A stretch of DNA of 64,000 nt from Squalus acanthias. Lineage: Eukaryota. Shown here one piece after another: positions 1-11,507 of this stretch. Position 1 is the stretch's first letter. Each line of letters starts with the position of its first letter. Where the stretch lies: assembly GCA_030390025.1 (NCBI GenBank), contig JASTWF010000036.1, positions 248,001 to 312,000 of the forward strand, in the 5' to 3' direction. Position numbers and translations under genes: made by a program. The notes beneath the pieces are model-generated. The model made no database searches and was not told the DNA's origin. It saw only the letters and a list, made by a program, of their open reading frames with translations.

Positions 1-2
1 TC

Positions 3-323
<321 letters not shown>

Positions 324-597
324 TCAGACTGCACACTGTTGTTTAACAGTCGAGCACAGTTCAACTAGACAGAACCAGTTAGATTCTACTAAATCACATC
401 ACTAGATAGATAGAACAACTCCTCCCATTTTTACAGCGCCTTTAACGTCGTAAAATGTCCCAAGGCCGAGGCATAGAATAGAGGTCGAAGTTGTGTCCTT
501 CGCGAGTTGCTGTTAAAGAATGTCCCGCGCAAGCTGGGCCCGTGCCCGAGTATTTATACTCTCCCCGGACAGCGTCACCCACAGGCCACCCAGTATT

Positions 598-1545
598 AAC
601 ATAGAAGATAGGAGCCGGAATAGGCCATTCAGCCCCTCGAGCCTGCTCCGCCATTCAATGAGATCATGGCTGATCATCCAAATTCAGTACCCTGTCCCTG
701 CCTTCTCCCCATATCCCTTGATGCCTTTAGCTTTAAGAAATATATCTAACTCCTTCTTGAAGAAATTTAATGAATTGGCCTCTTCTGCCTTCTGTGGTAG
801 AGAATTCCACAGGTTCACCACCCTCTGAGTGAAGAAATTTCTCCTCATCTCAGTCCTAAATGTCCTACCCGTATCCTGAGACTGTGACCCCTCGTTCTAG
901 ACCCCCCCCCCAGCCAGGGGAAACATCCTCCCTGCATCCAGTCTGACTAGCCCTGTCAGAATTTTATACGTTTCAGGCCTAGTCGACCCAATCTCTCCTC
1001 ATACGACAGTCCTGCCATCCCAGGAATCAGTCTGGTGAACCTTCGTTGCACTCCCTCTGTGGCAAGTATATCCTTTCTTAGGTAAGGAGACCAAAACCGC
1101 ACACAGTACTCCAGGTGTGGTCTCACCAAGGCCCTGTATAACTGCAGTAAGACATCGTTGCTCCTGTACTCAAATCCTCTTGCCATGAAGGCCAACATGT
1201 CATTTGCCTTCCTAACTGCTTGCTGCACCTGCATGTTTGCTTTCAGTGACTGGTGTACAAGGACACCCAGGTCCCTTCTTGTATATCAACATTTCCCAAT
1301 CTAGCACCATTTGAATAATACTCTGCCTTTCTGTTTTTCCTACCGAAGTGGATAACTTCACATTTATCCACGTTATACTGCATCTCTGCCATGTATTTGC
1401 CCACTCACTCAACTTGTCTAAATCGCCTTGAAGCCTCTTTGCGTCCTCCTCGCAACTCACGATCCCACAATAGTTTCGCGTCGTCAGCAAACTTGGAATT
1501 ATTACATTTGGTTCCTTCCTCCAAATCATTGATCTATATATTGTG
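598..1545 (-). mobile_element. CR1 LINE 3' fragment
   Basis: LVRPHLEYC and GVQRRFTRLIPG motifs; CR1 3' tail. Confidence 0.9.
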
Positions 1546-2011
1546 AATAGCCGGGGCCCGAGCACCGAACCGGAGAACCGAACACAGGGGCTCTCCATTC
1601 AGGAGCAGGCCCGGTTCTGGCACAAAACTGCGGTGCGTCAGACTGTGTCCCATTGTGTAGAACTCGCACGAGTTTCCTATTGTCGGCTTGGGTTGTGGTT
1701 TCCAATTCTTCACTTCCACTTGAGTGTTTGATCAGAGGCCAGCAGCAACACATTTAGGAATTTTAATAACTTTGAGGCGAGATTCGAGACCTCTCCACTT
1801 CCTTTCGTTTGAATCACTTTCCCAACAGTTTAACATAAAAGTGCGGCACAAACATTTTCCGATAACTGTTTCTCGGCGCACAACTCTCCCAGGTCGGGGC
1901 AAAGGGTAGCTATTCTGAGTGGTGGAAGGCAGGGTTCCACAGGGATCACAAACTCAGGGCCATCAATATAAGACGATCACGAATAAATCCCTAATAAATA
2001 ATCACTAATAA

Positions 2012-2504
2012 GCAGAAACGGATAGCCAAGTTTCGCACCCATGAGGACGGCCTCAACCGGGATCTTGGGTTCATGTCACGCTACATGTAACCCCACCTGA
2101 CGCAGAGTCATCCAGACTCGAGTCGTCGTTGGCTTGTTCGCTCTACACAGATGCGGCCGGACCTGCTGTGATTTCCAGCAAAAAAAGTCTTTCGTTTTCC
2201 GTTCAGACCCCAGCATCTGCCACATTTGACCCCTTGTGACCCCACCTCATTGTCTTTGATGTAATGTTTTCCTGACTGACCTGTTTGGACACCATCCACA
2301 CCTTTGATTGCCGTGATTATCTCTCTGCCGAGGTGTGATAAAGGGCAGTCAGAAAGATTAACTGTAGTCACCTGGCAGTGTTCTCTGACTATATATGCCA
2401 TGCCTATATGCATCTCTTCACTTCACCTGACGAAGGAGCAGCGCTCCGAAAGCTTGTGATTTCAAATAGAGCTGTTGGACTATAACCTGGTGTTGTGCGA
2501 CTTC
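2012..2504 (+). mobile_element. Penelope-like element 3' fragment (family A) inserted in a CR1 remnant
   Basis: Encodes IAKFRTHEDGLNRDLGFMSRYM* (GIY-YIG-like C-terminus); hammerhead motif; flanking direct repeat tcactaataa at 2002-2011 and 2505-2514; near-identical to 55030-55520. Confidence 0.75.
2423..2459 (+). ncRNA. Minimal hammerhead ribozyme motif (Penelope-associated, family A)
   Basis: TCAC CTGACGA a GGAGC agc GCTCC GAAA GC TT GTGA: catalytic core, stems I and II, palindromic loopless stem III. Confidence 0.75.
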
Positions 2505-3034
2505 TCACTAATAAATCCAATAGGGAATTCAGGAGAAGCTTCTTTACCCAGAGAGTGGTGCGAATGTGGAAGTCACAGAATTAAACAGCACAGAAACAGG
2601 CCATTCCGCCCAACCAGTCCAGGCCGTGCCGGTGTTTATACTCAGCAAGACCCTCCTCCCATTCTTCTCCATCTCACCCCCATCACCCTATCCTTCTACT
2701 CCTTTCTCCCTCATGTGCTTATCCAGCTTCCCCTTAAATGCATCTGTGCTATTCGCAGGAGGACGCAAAAGATCCCATGGCACTATTTCAAAGAAGAGTC
2801 AAGGAGTTATCCCCGGTGTCCTGGGCCAATATTTATCCCTCAACCAACATCACTAAAGCAGATTATCTGGTCATTTTCACATTGCTGTTTGTGGGAGCTT
2901 GCTGTGTGCAAATTGGCTGCCACGTTTCCCACATTACAACAGTGACCACACTTCAAAAGTACTTCATTGGCTGTAAAGCACTTTGAGACGTCTAGTGGTC
3001 GTGAAAGGCGCTATTTCAATGCAAGTCTTTCTTT

Positions 3035-3780
3035 CTATCCATCACCATAACCCTCTATTCCCTTCTCCCTCATATGCCTCCCTTTAAATGCATCTGTGCT
3101 ATTCGCTTCAACCACTCCCTGTGGTCGCGAGTTCCACATTCTCACCACTCTCTGGGTAAAGAAGTTTCTCCTGAATACCCCGTTGGATTTATTAGTGACT
3201 GTCTTATATTGATGGCCCCTAGTTTTGCTCTTCGCCGCAAGTGGAAACATTCTCTCTCTATCTACTCTATCAAAACCTTTCATAATTTTAAAGACCTCTA
3301 TCAAGTCACCCCTCAGTTTTCTCTTTTCAAGGGAAAAGAGCTCCAGCCTGTTAATCCTTTCCTGCTATGTATACCCTCGCATTTCTGGTATCATCCTTGT
3401 AAATCTTTTTTTGTACCTTCTCCTTTTTATAATATGGAGACCAGAACTGTGCACAGTGCTCCAAGTGTGGTCTAACCAAGGTATACGGAGACCAGAACTG
3501 TGCACAGTGCTCCAAGTGTGGTCTAACCAAGGTATACGGAGACCAGAACTGTGCACAGTGCTCCAAGTGCGGTCTGACCAAGGTATATGGAGACCAGAAC
3601 TGTGCACAGTGCTCCAAGTGCGGTCTGACCAAGGTATATGGAGACCAGAACTGTGCACAGTGCTCCAAGTGCGGTCTGACCAAGGTATATGGAGACCAGA
3701 ACTGTGCACAGTGCTCCAAGTGCGGTCTGACCAAGGTTTGATACAAGTTTAGCGTAACTTCACTAGATTTCAATTCTACC
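3035..3780 (-). mobile_element. CR1 fragment carrying a 51-bp array
   Basis: FFTQRVVRMWNS and LVRPHLEHC motifs. Confidence 0.85.
3436..3738. repeat. 51-bp minisatellite, 6 copies
   Basis: Unit ggagaccagaactgtgcacagtgctccaagtgtggtctaaccaaggtatac. Confidence 0.97.
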
Positions 3781-4175
3781 ACAGGGAGGCGAATAGCACA
3801 GATGCATTAAGGGGGAATCTAGATAAACACGAGGGAGAAAGGAATAGAAGGATATGGTGATAGGATGAGATGAGGAAGGATGGGAGGAGGCTCGAGTGGA
3901 GCATGAACGGCCTGTAAATTCTATGCAAGTTCAAACACACCACGAAGCAACTCAGTTCTGCTGGTTAAGGCGCAAGGGTAAGCTGGAAGACAAACACGCA
4001 AAATCGACTCCCCACCTCCCCCTGCCCCGACTAAAAACAGCGCACAGGGGGAAGCTGAACACTTGCGCTGTTTACCAGGTCGCCTCGGCACCAGGAAGGC
4101 GAGATTAAAGTTGAGTCACTCGCTGCGAACCACCCCCCCCACCCCGCCGCCCGCTGAAAGCTTCCTGCATTTTAC

Positions 4176-4340
4176 CTGGCGTCTATCCACAGGATGCGCC
4201 GCTCCAGATAGTCGACGGTCAGTCCGTTGGGCCAGCCGCCGGCCCCCAGCTCCTTGTGAATGGTGCGCCGTCCCACCCCGCTCATCGAGGCGGCTTCGAT
4301 CCGCGGCAAGCTAGCGTCCCAGTCCGTCCAGAATAAGATC
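4176..4340 (-). CDS. LRP1: LRP1 coding exon (exon 26 equivalent)
   Basis: [55 protein letters not shown]; cag acceptor, gtaaaa donor; 165 nt, phase 2-2. Confidence 0.97.
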
Positions 4341-4395
4341 CTGCCGGTCGGAAGGAAAGGAGACCCCATTTCAGAGCAAAGCAGGTGGATGCAAG

Positions 4396-5690
4396 GACAT
4401 GAGAAATAGGAGCAGGACTAGGCCACTTGGCCTCTCGAGCCATTCAATAAGATCATGGCTGATCTTGGGCTCAAAGCCACTTCCCTGCCCCGCTCCCCAT
4501 AACCCTTCACTCCCTTATAGAGTCATAGCGTTATACAGCACAGAAAGAGGCCCTTCGGCCCATCGTGTCCGCGCCGGCCATCAAGCCCCTGTCTATTCTA
4601 ATCCCATTTTGCTGCACTTGGTCCGTAGCCTTGTATGCTATGGCGTTTCAAGTGCTCATCTAAATGCTTCTTGAATGTTGTGAGGGTTCCTGCCTCTACC
4701 ACCCTTTCAGGCAGTGAGTTCCAGATTCCAACCACCCTCTGGGTGAAAAAGTTTTCCCTCAAATCCCCTCTAAACCTCCTGCCCCTTACCTTGAAACTTT
4801 GCCCCCTGGTTATTGACCCCTCTACCAAGGGGAAAAGTTCCTTTCTATCTACCCTATCTATGCCCATCATAATTCTGTACACCTCAATCAGGTCCCCCCT
4901 CAGCCTTCTCTGCTCGAAGGAAAACAACCCCAGCCTGTCCAGTCTCTCTTCATAGCTGAAGCGCTGCAGTCCAGGTAACATCCTGGTGAATCTCCTCTGC
5001 ACCCTCTCCAATGCAATTACATCCTTCCTATATAGTGGCGACCAGAACTGCACACAGTATTCCAGCTGTGGCCTAACTAGCGTTTTGTACAGCTCCATCA
5101 TAACCTCCCTTGCTCTTATATTCTATGCCTCGGCTAATGAAGGCAAGAATCCCATATGCCTTTTTAACCACCTTATCTACCTGTCCTGTTGCCTTCAGGG
5201 ATCTATGTACATGCACACCAAGGTCCCTCTGATCCTCTGTCCTTCCTAGGGTCCTCCCATTCATTGTTCAAAAATCTGTCTATCTCCACCTTAAATGTAT
5301 TTAATGACCCAGCCTCCACGGCTCTCTGGGGCAGAGAATTCCACAGATTTACGACCCTCTGAGAGAAGAAATTCCTCCTCATCTCAGTTCTAAAAGGGCG
5401 ACCTTTTATTCTGAAACTATGCCCCCAAGTTCTAGATTTCCCCACGAGGGGAAACATCCTCTCTGCATCTACCCTGTCGAGCCCCCTCAGTATCTTATAT
5501 GTTTCGATAAGATCCCTCTCATTCTTCTAAATTCCAATTGGTATCGGACCAACCTGCTCAACCTTTCCTCATAAGTCAAACCCCCTCATCTCTGGAATCA
5601 ACCGAGTGAATCGTCTCTGAACTGCCTCCAATGCAAGTAAATCCTTCCTTAAATAAGGAGACCAAAACTCTAGGCAGTACTCTAGAGCAT
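4396..5690 (-). mobile_element. Nested CR1 fragments (about 4520-5260 inside an older copy)
   Basis: Two CR1 3' ends; ORFs 4598..5101 and 5203..5457 are RT C-termini. Confidence 0.85.
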
Positions 5691-6107
5691 TTTTAAGGCA
5701 CATTTAGATGTTCAGGAGGTGGTTCTTTTCCCAGGGAATAGTGGACCTCTGGAACAGGCTGCTGTCTCGTGGGGTGGACGCTAACTTGCTGAATTCCTTC
5801 GGGCGAGAGCGGGACCTGTTTCTGGCTGGGGTTGGACATCACCTCGATCAGATTGTAGGTGCTGCAGGGAATTCGGGGCCAGAGTGGTCTCCCAGGCCAG
5901 TTTCGATCGCTTAGGCGAGACTTTGCCAGATTTCTCCGCCCCCTCCCCCCAACCACAAATTGGCCTGGGGTTTTTAAATCCGGTTTTTCACCTCTCCCAG
6001 GAGATCGCATGGTTTTGGGTGGGGTGGAGTGTATATACAAGGTATCACAATTGTGTGCGATAGACTGGATGGACCAGAGGGTGCTGTCTGTCATTGTTCG
6101 TATCTCC

Positions 6108-6537
6108 GAGGAACAGGAGAAGGCCATTCAGCCCCTCGAGCCTGTTACATGAGGAACAGGAGGAGGCCATTCAGCCCCCCTCGAGCCTGTTACATTAGGA
6201 ACAGGAGGAGGCCATTCAGCCTCTCGAGCCTGTTACATTAGGAACAGGAGGAGGCCATTCAGCCCCTCGAGCCTGTTACATTAGGAACAGGAGGAGGCCA
6301 TTCAGCCCCCTCGAGCCTGTTACATTAGGAACAGGAGGAGGCCATTCAGCCCCTCGAGCCTGTTACATTAGGAACAGGAGGAGGCCATTCAGCCCCCTCG
6401 AGCCTGTTACATTAGGAACAGGAGGAGGCCATTCAGCCCCTCGAGCCTGTTACATTAGGAACAGGAGGAGGCCATTCAGCCCCTCGAGCCTGTTACATTA
6501 GGAACAGGAGGAGGCCATTCAGCCCCTCGAGCCTGTT
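6108..6537. repeat. 43-45 bp minisatellite (also 13535-14237, 47040-47432, 61938-62329)
   Basis: Unit ttaggaacaggaggaggccattcagcccctcgagcctgttaca. Confidence 0.96.
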
Positions 6538-7500
6538 CCGCCATTCAATAAGATCATCGCTAATCTGTATCTTAACTCCATCTACCCGCCTTGGTTCAGT
6601 AACCCTCAATACTCTTTCCCCCCACCCCCCAAAAAATCTATAAATCTCAAGTGTTGTAATTTCCAATTGACCCCCGGCCTCAACAGCTTTTTTGGGGTGG
6701 GGGGGTGGGGGAAAGAGAGTTCCAGATTTCCACCACCCTTTGTGTGAAGAAGTGCTTCCTGACATCACCCCTGAACGGCCTGGCTCTAATTTTAAGGTTA
6801 TGCCCCCTTGTTCTGGAGTCCCCCCACCAGAGGAAATAGTTTCTCTCTCTATCGACCCTATCGAATCCTTTAATCATGTTAAACACCTCGATCAGATCAG
6901 CCCTTAATCTTCTATACTCGAGGGAATACAAGTCTAGTCTGTGCAACATGTCCTCATAATTTAACCCTTTTAACCTTGGGTATCATTCTGGTGAATCTGC
7001 ACTGCTCCCCCTCCAAGGCCAATATATCCTTCCTGAGGTTTGGGGCCCAGAACTGAACACCGTCACTCCAGATGGGGTCTAACCAGAGCTCTGTGCAACT
7101 GTTAAGGGGAGATTTAATAGAGGTGTTCAAAATCATGAGGGGTTTTGATCGAGTGGAGAGGGAGAAACTGTTTCCACTGGCAGGAGGGTCAGTAACCAGA
7201 GGACACAGATTGAAGATAATCGGTAAAAGAACCAGAGGGGGAGATGAGGAGAATGTGTTTTTAACGCAGCGAGTTGTTGTGATCTGGAACGCGCTGCCTG
7301 AAAGGGCGGTGGGAGCAGATTCAATAGTAACTTTCAAAAGGGGAATTGGATAAATACTTGAAGGGGAAAAATTCACAGGGCTACGGGGGAAAAGAGCAGG
7401 GTGGGGGGAGTGGGACTAATTGGAGAGCTCGTTCAAAGAGCCGGCACAGGCACGATGGGCCGAATGGCCTCCTCCTGTGCTGTGTCATTCTATGATTCTA
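6108..7500. mobile_element. Two oppositely oriented CR1 3' fragments (minus 6108-7085, plus about 7100-7500)
   Basis: LRADLIEVF/FFTQRVV motifs on both strands. Confidence 0.85.
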
Positions 7501-7808
7501 TTATTTGCTGTCTTCGGACTTATTATTAATTAATAATTTAATGATTCTTCTGAAATCTATATATCTAGGGCATTCAGAGGTCACACTTTTCGTGAAGATA
7601 GAAAACAATATTGAAATGCTGGGGAGCTGAAGCCTCAAACAGCTCCAATCTGCCAAAAATCACGACCAGGCGGCAATTCGACTCTGACTGACCTCGGGCT
7701 GTGTTTACTTAACCACGGACAGGCTCCGGGGCCTTAAAGGGAGACGCAGCTCGATCATTCTATGACCCGCGGACGGCATTAAATCTGCCAGTCGCGTGCG
7801 TTACCGAC

Positions 7809-8013
7809 CCATCTCTGGGATCCAGCGCGATGGCGCGCGGGTGCTCGATATCGCCAGCGATCAGGGTGGTCCGCATCGAGCCGTCCAGTTTCGCCACCTC
7901 GATCTGATCCAAGTTGCTCTCCACCCAGTAAATGTTGCCAGCAATCCAGTCGACGGCCAGCCCCTCGGGCGTGGCCAGCCCGTACTGCACAACCACCTCG
8001 ACACTACTGAGCG
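7809..8013 (-). CDS. LRP1: LRP1 coding exon (exon 25 equivalent), YWTD propeller 3
   Basis: [69 protein letters not shown]; (ct)n tract plus tacag acceptor; in-frame donor gtcggt; 205 nt. Confidence 0.95.
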
Positions 8014-8120
8014 CTGTAGTAGAGAGAGAGAGAGGAGAGAAACACGTCATTAGAATATCGAAACAACTCGCATAGATCCAGCGCCTTTAACGTAGTAAAA
8101 CGTCGCCAGAGCACTTCACA

Positions 8121-8887
8121 GGAGGGACAGTACTGAGGGAGCGCCGCACTGTCGGAGGGGCGGTACTGAGGGAGCGCCGCACTGTCGGAGGGGCTGTACT
8201 GAGGGAGTGCCGCACTGTCGGAGGGGCAGTACTGAGGGAGCACCGCACTGTCGGAGGGGCTGTACTGAGGGAGTGCCGCACTGTCGGAGGGGCAGCACTG
8301 AGGGAGCACCGCACTGTCGGAGGGGCTGCACTGAGGGAGCGCCGCGCTGTCGGAGGGACAGAACTGAGGGAGCGCCGCACTGTCGGAGGGGCAGTACCGA
8401 GGGAGCGCCGCACTGTCGGAGGGGCAGTACCGAGGGAGCGCCGCACTGTCGGAGGGGCAGTACCGAGGGAGCGCCGCACTGTCGGAGGGGCAGTACCGAG
8501 GGAGCGCCGCACTGTCGGAGGGGCAGTACCGAGGGAGTGCCGCACTGTCGGAGGGACAGTACTGAGGGAGTGCCGCGCTGTCGGAGGGGCAGTACTGAGG
8601 GAGTGCCGCACTGTCGGTGGGCAGTACTGAGGGAGCGCCGCACTGTCGGACGGGCGGTACTGAGGGAGCGCTGCACTGTCGGAGGGGCAGTACTGAGGGA
8701 GCGCCGCACTGTCGGTGGGGCGGTACTGAGGGAGCGCCGCACTGTCGGAGGGGCAGTACTGAGGGAGTGCTGCACTGTCGGAGGGGCGGTACTGAGGGAG
8801 TGCCGCGCTGTCGGAGGGGAGGTACTGAGGGAGTGCCGCACTGTCGGAGGGGCAGTACTGAGGGAGTGCCGCACTGTCGGAGGGGCA
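8121..8887. repeat. 33-bp minisatellite (also 11830-12612, 19515-20372 inverted, 26588-26964, 63969-64000)
   Basis: Unit actgagggagcgccgcactgtcggaggggcagt. Confidence 0.97.
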
Positions 8888-9696
8888 ACAAGAAGTATTT
8901 ATGTAGCGCCTTTAACGTCCCAATGCGGAGTATTTTAAGACAAAAAATTTGACACCGAGCCCCATAAGGAGATATTAGGGCAGGTGACCAAAAGCTTGGT
9001 CAAAGAGGGAGGTTTTAAGGAGCCTCTTAAAGGAGGAGAGAGAGAGAGAGAGAGGCGGAGAGGTTTAGGGAGGGAATTCCAGAGTTTAGTGGCCCAGGTG
9101 GCTGAAGGCACGGCCGCCAGGGATGGTCCTTCACAATTTTGTTGAGTATATTCAAGAGATCGAGAGATTTTTGGACACTAAGGGAAGCGAGGGATATGGG
9201 GACAGGGCGGGCAAGTGGAGTTGGGGTAGATGATCAACCATGATTTTATTGAATGGCGGAGCAGGCCGCACGGCCTACTCCTGCTCCTATTTCTTATGTA
9301 ATGTTCTAATTGTTAAGCGCGCGCGAAACAGAAAATAAAATAATAAATAAAACCGGCCAACGGAGGCCTCGGTACTGAAGACGTTTGTGTCAGAATTCAG
9401 CACAAAGAATGGGAATTTTGGTTCAACTTCGCCGTAAAGTTTCGACAGCGGGAAGGGCTTGACTGACCTCGCGATGAAACGCCCTTCCCTCCGATGGACT
9501 GCTCGCCCGACCGCCCTTCCATTTTCCACGGCAGATCTGTAGAAAGATGCGAAAGTGTAACAGCGCGTCGGAAATGCCGTGTAACCGTGCCAGCGCAAAG
9601 TACCGAAGAGAATTTCATTTTTAAACCATCCCCAAATAATGGCAGTCACCTTGGCTTTACGCCGGAGAACTCGGGGGGCTAAAAACCAACGATGTT

Positions 9697-10510
9697 TAGA
9701 AACATAGAAAAATAGGAGCAGGAGTCGGCCCTTCGAGCCTGCTCCGCCATTCAATATGATCATGGCTGATCCTCTATCTCAATACCAGATTCCCGCTCTC
9801 TCCCCATACCCCTTGATGCCTTTTGTCTCTAGAAATCTATCTCCTTCTTAAATATATTCAGTGACTTGGCCTCCACAGCCTTCTGTGGTAGAGAATTCCA
9901 CAGGTTCACCACCCTCTGAGTGAAGACATTTCTCCTCATCTCAGTCCTAAATGTCCTACCCCGTATCCTGAGACTGTGACCCCCTCGTTCTAGACCCCCT
10001 CCAGCCAGGGGAAACATCCTCCCTGCATCCAGTCTGTCCAGCCCTGTCAGAATTTTATACGTTTCAATGAGATCCCCTCTCATTCTTCTAAACTCTAGTG
10101 AATACAGGCCTAGTCGACCCAATCTTTCCTCATACGACAGTCCTGCCATCCCAGGAATCAGTCTGGTGAACCTTCGCTGCACTCCCTCTATGGCAAGTAT
10201 ATCCTTTCTTAGGTAAGGAGACCAAAACTGCACACAGTACTCCAGGTGTGGTCTCACCAAGGCCCTGTATAACTGTAGTAAGACATCCTTGCTCCTGTAC
10301 TCAAATCCTCTTGCAATGAAGGCCAACATACCATTTGCCTTCCGAACTGCTTGCTGCACCTGCATGTTTGCTTTCAGTGACTGGTGTACATGGACACCCA
10401 GGTCCCGGTGTACATCAGCATTTCCCAATCTAGCACCATTTAAATAATACTCTGCCTTTCTGTTTTTCCTACCGAAGCGGATAAACTTCACATTTATCCA
10501 CGTTGTACTG
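9697..10510 (-). mobile_element. Young CR1 3' fragment
   Basis: 220-aa open RT C-terminus; near-identical to 51084-51767 in opposite orientation. Confidence 0.92.
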
Positions 10511-11307
10511 TTTCCGAAACATCGTTTACGCCACAGTATTAAAACGAGGAGGCGCTTCGACCCAGTCGATAAGGGACACCTTAAGCACGTGCGTCACCTC
10601 ATCCAATGGCAGTCACATGCCAAACCATTTCTGACATGAATCTTGTCATTCATGTGGAAATGACTTATGAAGTAATACTGGGCGGCCTGCTGGTGGCGCT
10701 GTCCAGGGAGAGTATAAATACTCGGGCATGGGCCCAGCTTGCTCAGGACATTCTTTAACAGGAACTAGGAAGGACACAACTAGATCTCCATGTTGTAAAA
10801 CAGTTGATTAAAGGTTTAAAGCTTAGACCAAGTGCCTAGTAGTTTTCTTAGGTCAATTTCATCTCCCCATTACATGGAATTTACAGCACAGAAACAGGCC
10901 ATTTGGCCCACGTGGTCTGTGCCTTCTCCCTCATGGGTTCATGCTCCACACAAACCTCCATCCATCCTTAAAATGAAGGGGCAGGAAAGGGCCACGTTGA
11001 TGGCTGGTGCATCGTGACCAGACACTGCCTGACCCACCCCGCCATGTTATCTCCTGGGAGAGAGAAACAAGCCAGGGCCAATAAAGGAAAAACACTCTAC
11101 AAAGTTCCTCGCCCACCTCCCCCAGGCGATTGAAGTCAAGCCCGCAGATCAAAGAGCTCATCGGGCAAAAGACAAAAACATTGAAGTTAATAAAAGCAAA
11201 GGCACCAATTCAGCCTGAAGTCCCTCAGATACGAAATTGATCAGAACCCAGAGTTTAATCCAAATCGTTAGCATCTGCTGGAGTGTAAATACCACGGTTT
11301 TCGACAG

Positions 11308-11507
11308 NNNNNNNNNNNNNNNNNNNNNNNNNNNNNNNNNNNNNNNNNNNNNNNNNNNNNNNNNNNNNNNNNNNNNNNNNNNNNNNNNNNNNNNNNNNNN
11401 NNNNNNNNNNNNNNNNNNNNNNNNNNNNNNNNNNNNNNNNNNNNNNNNNNNNNNNNNNNNNNNNNNNNNNNNNNNNNNNNNNNNNNNNNNNNNNNNNNNN
11501 NNNNNNN
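11308..11507. other. Assembly gap (200 N)
   Basis: Run of exactly 200 n, followed by a pure G/A tract at 11508-11615. Confidence 0.99.

Noticed and set aside
8121..8887. CRISPR-like appearance of the 33-, 43- and 51-bp arrays
   Set aside because: Units are head-to-tail with no unique spacers, there are no cas genes, and the units derive from SINE/LINE segments in a vertebrate intron
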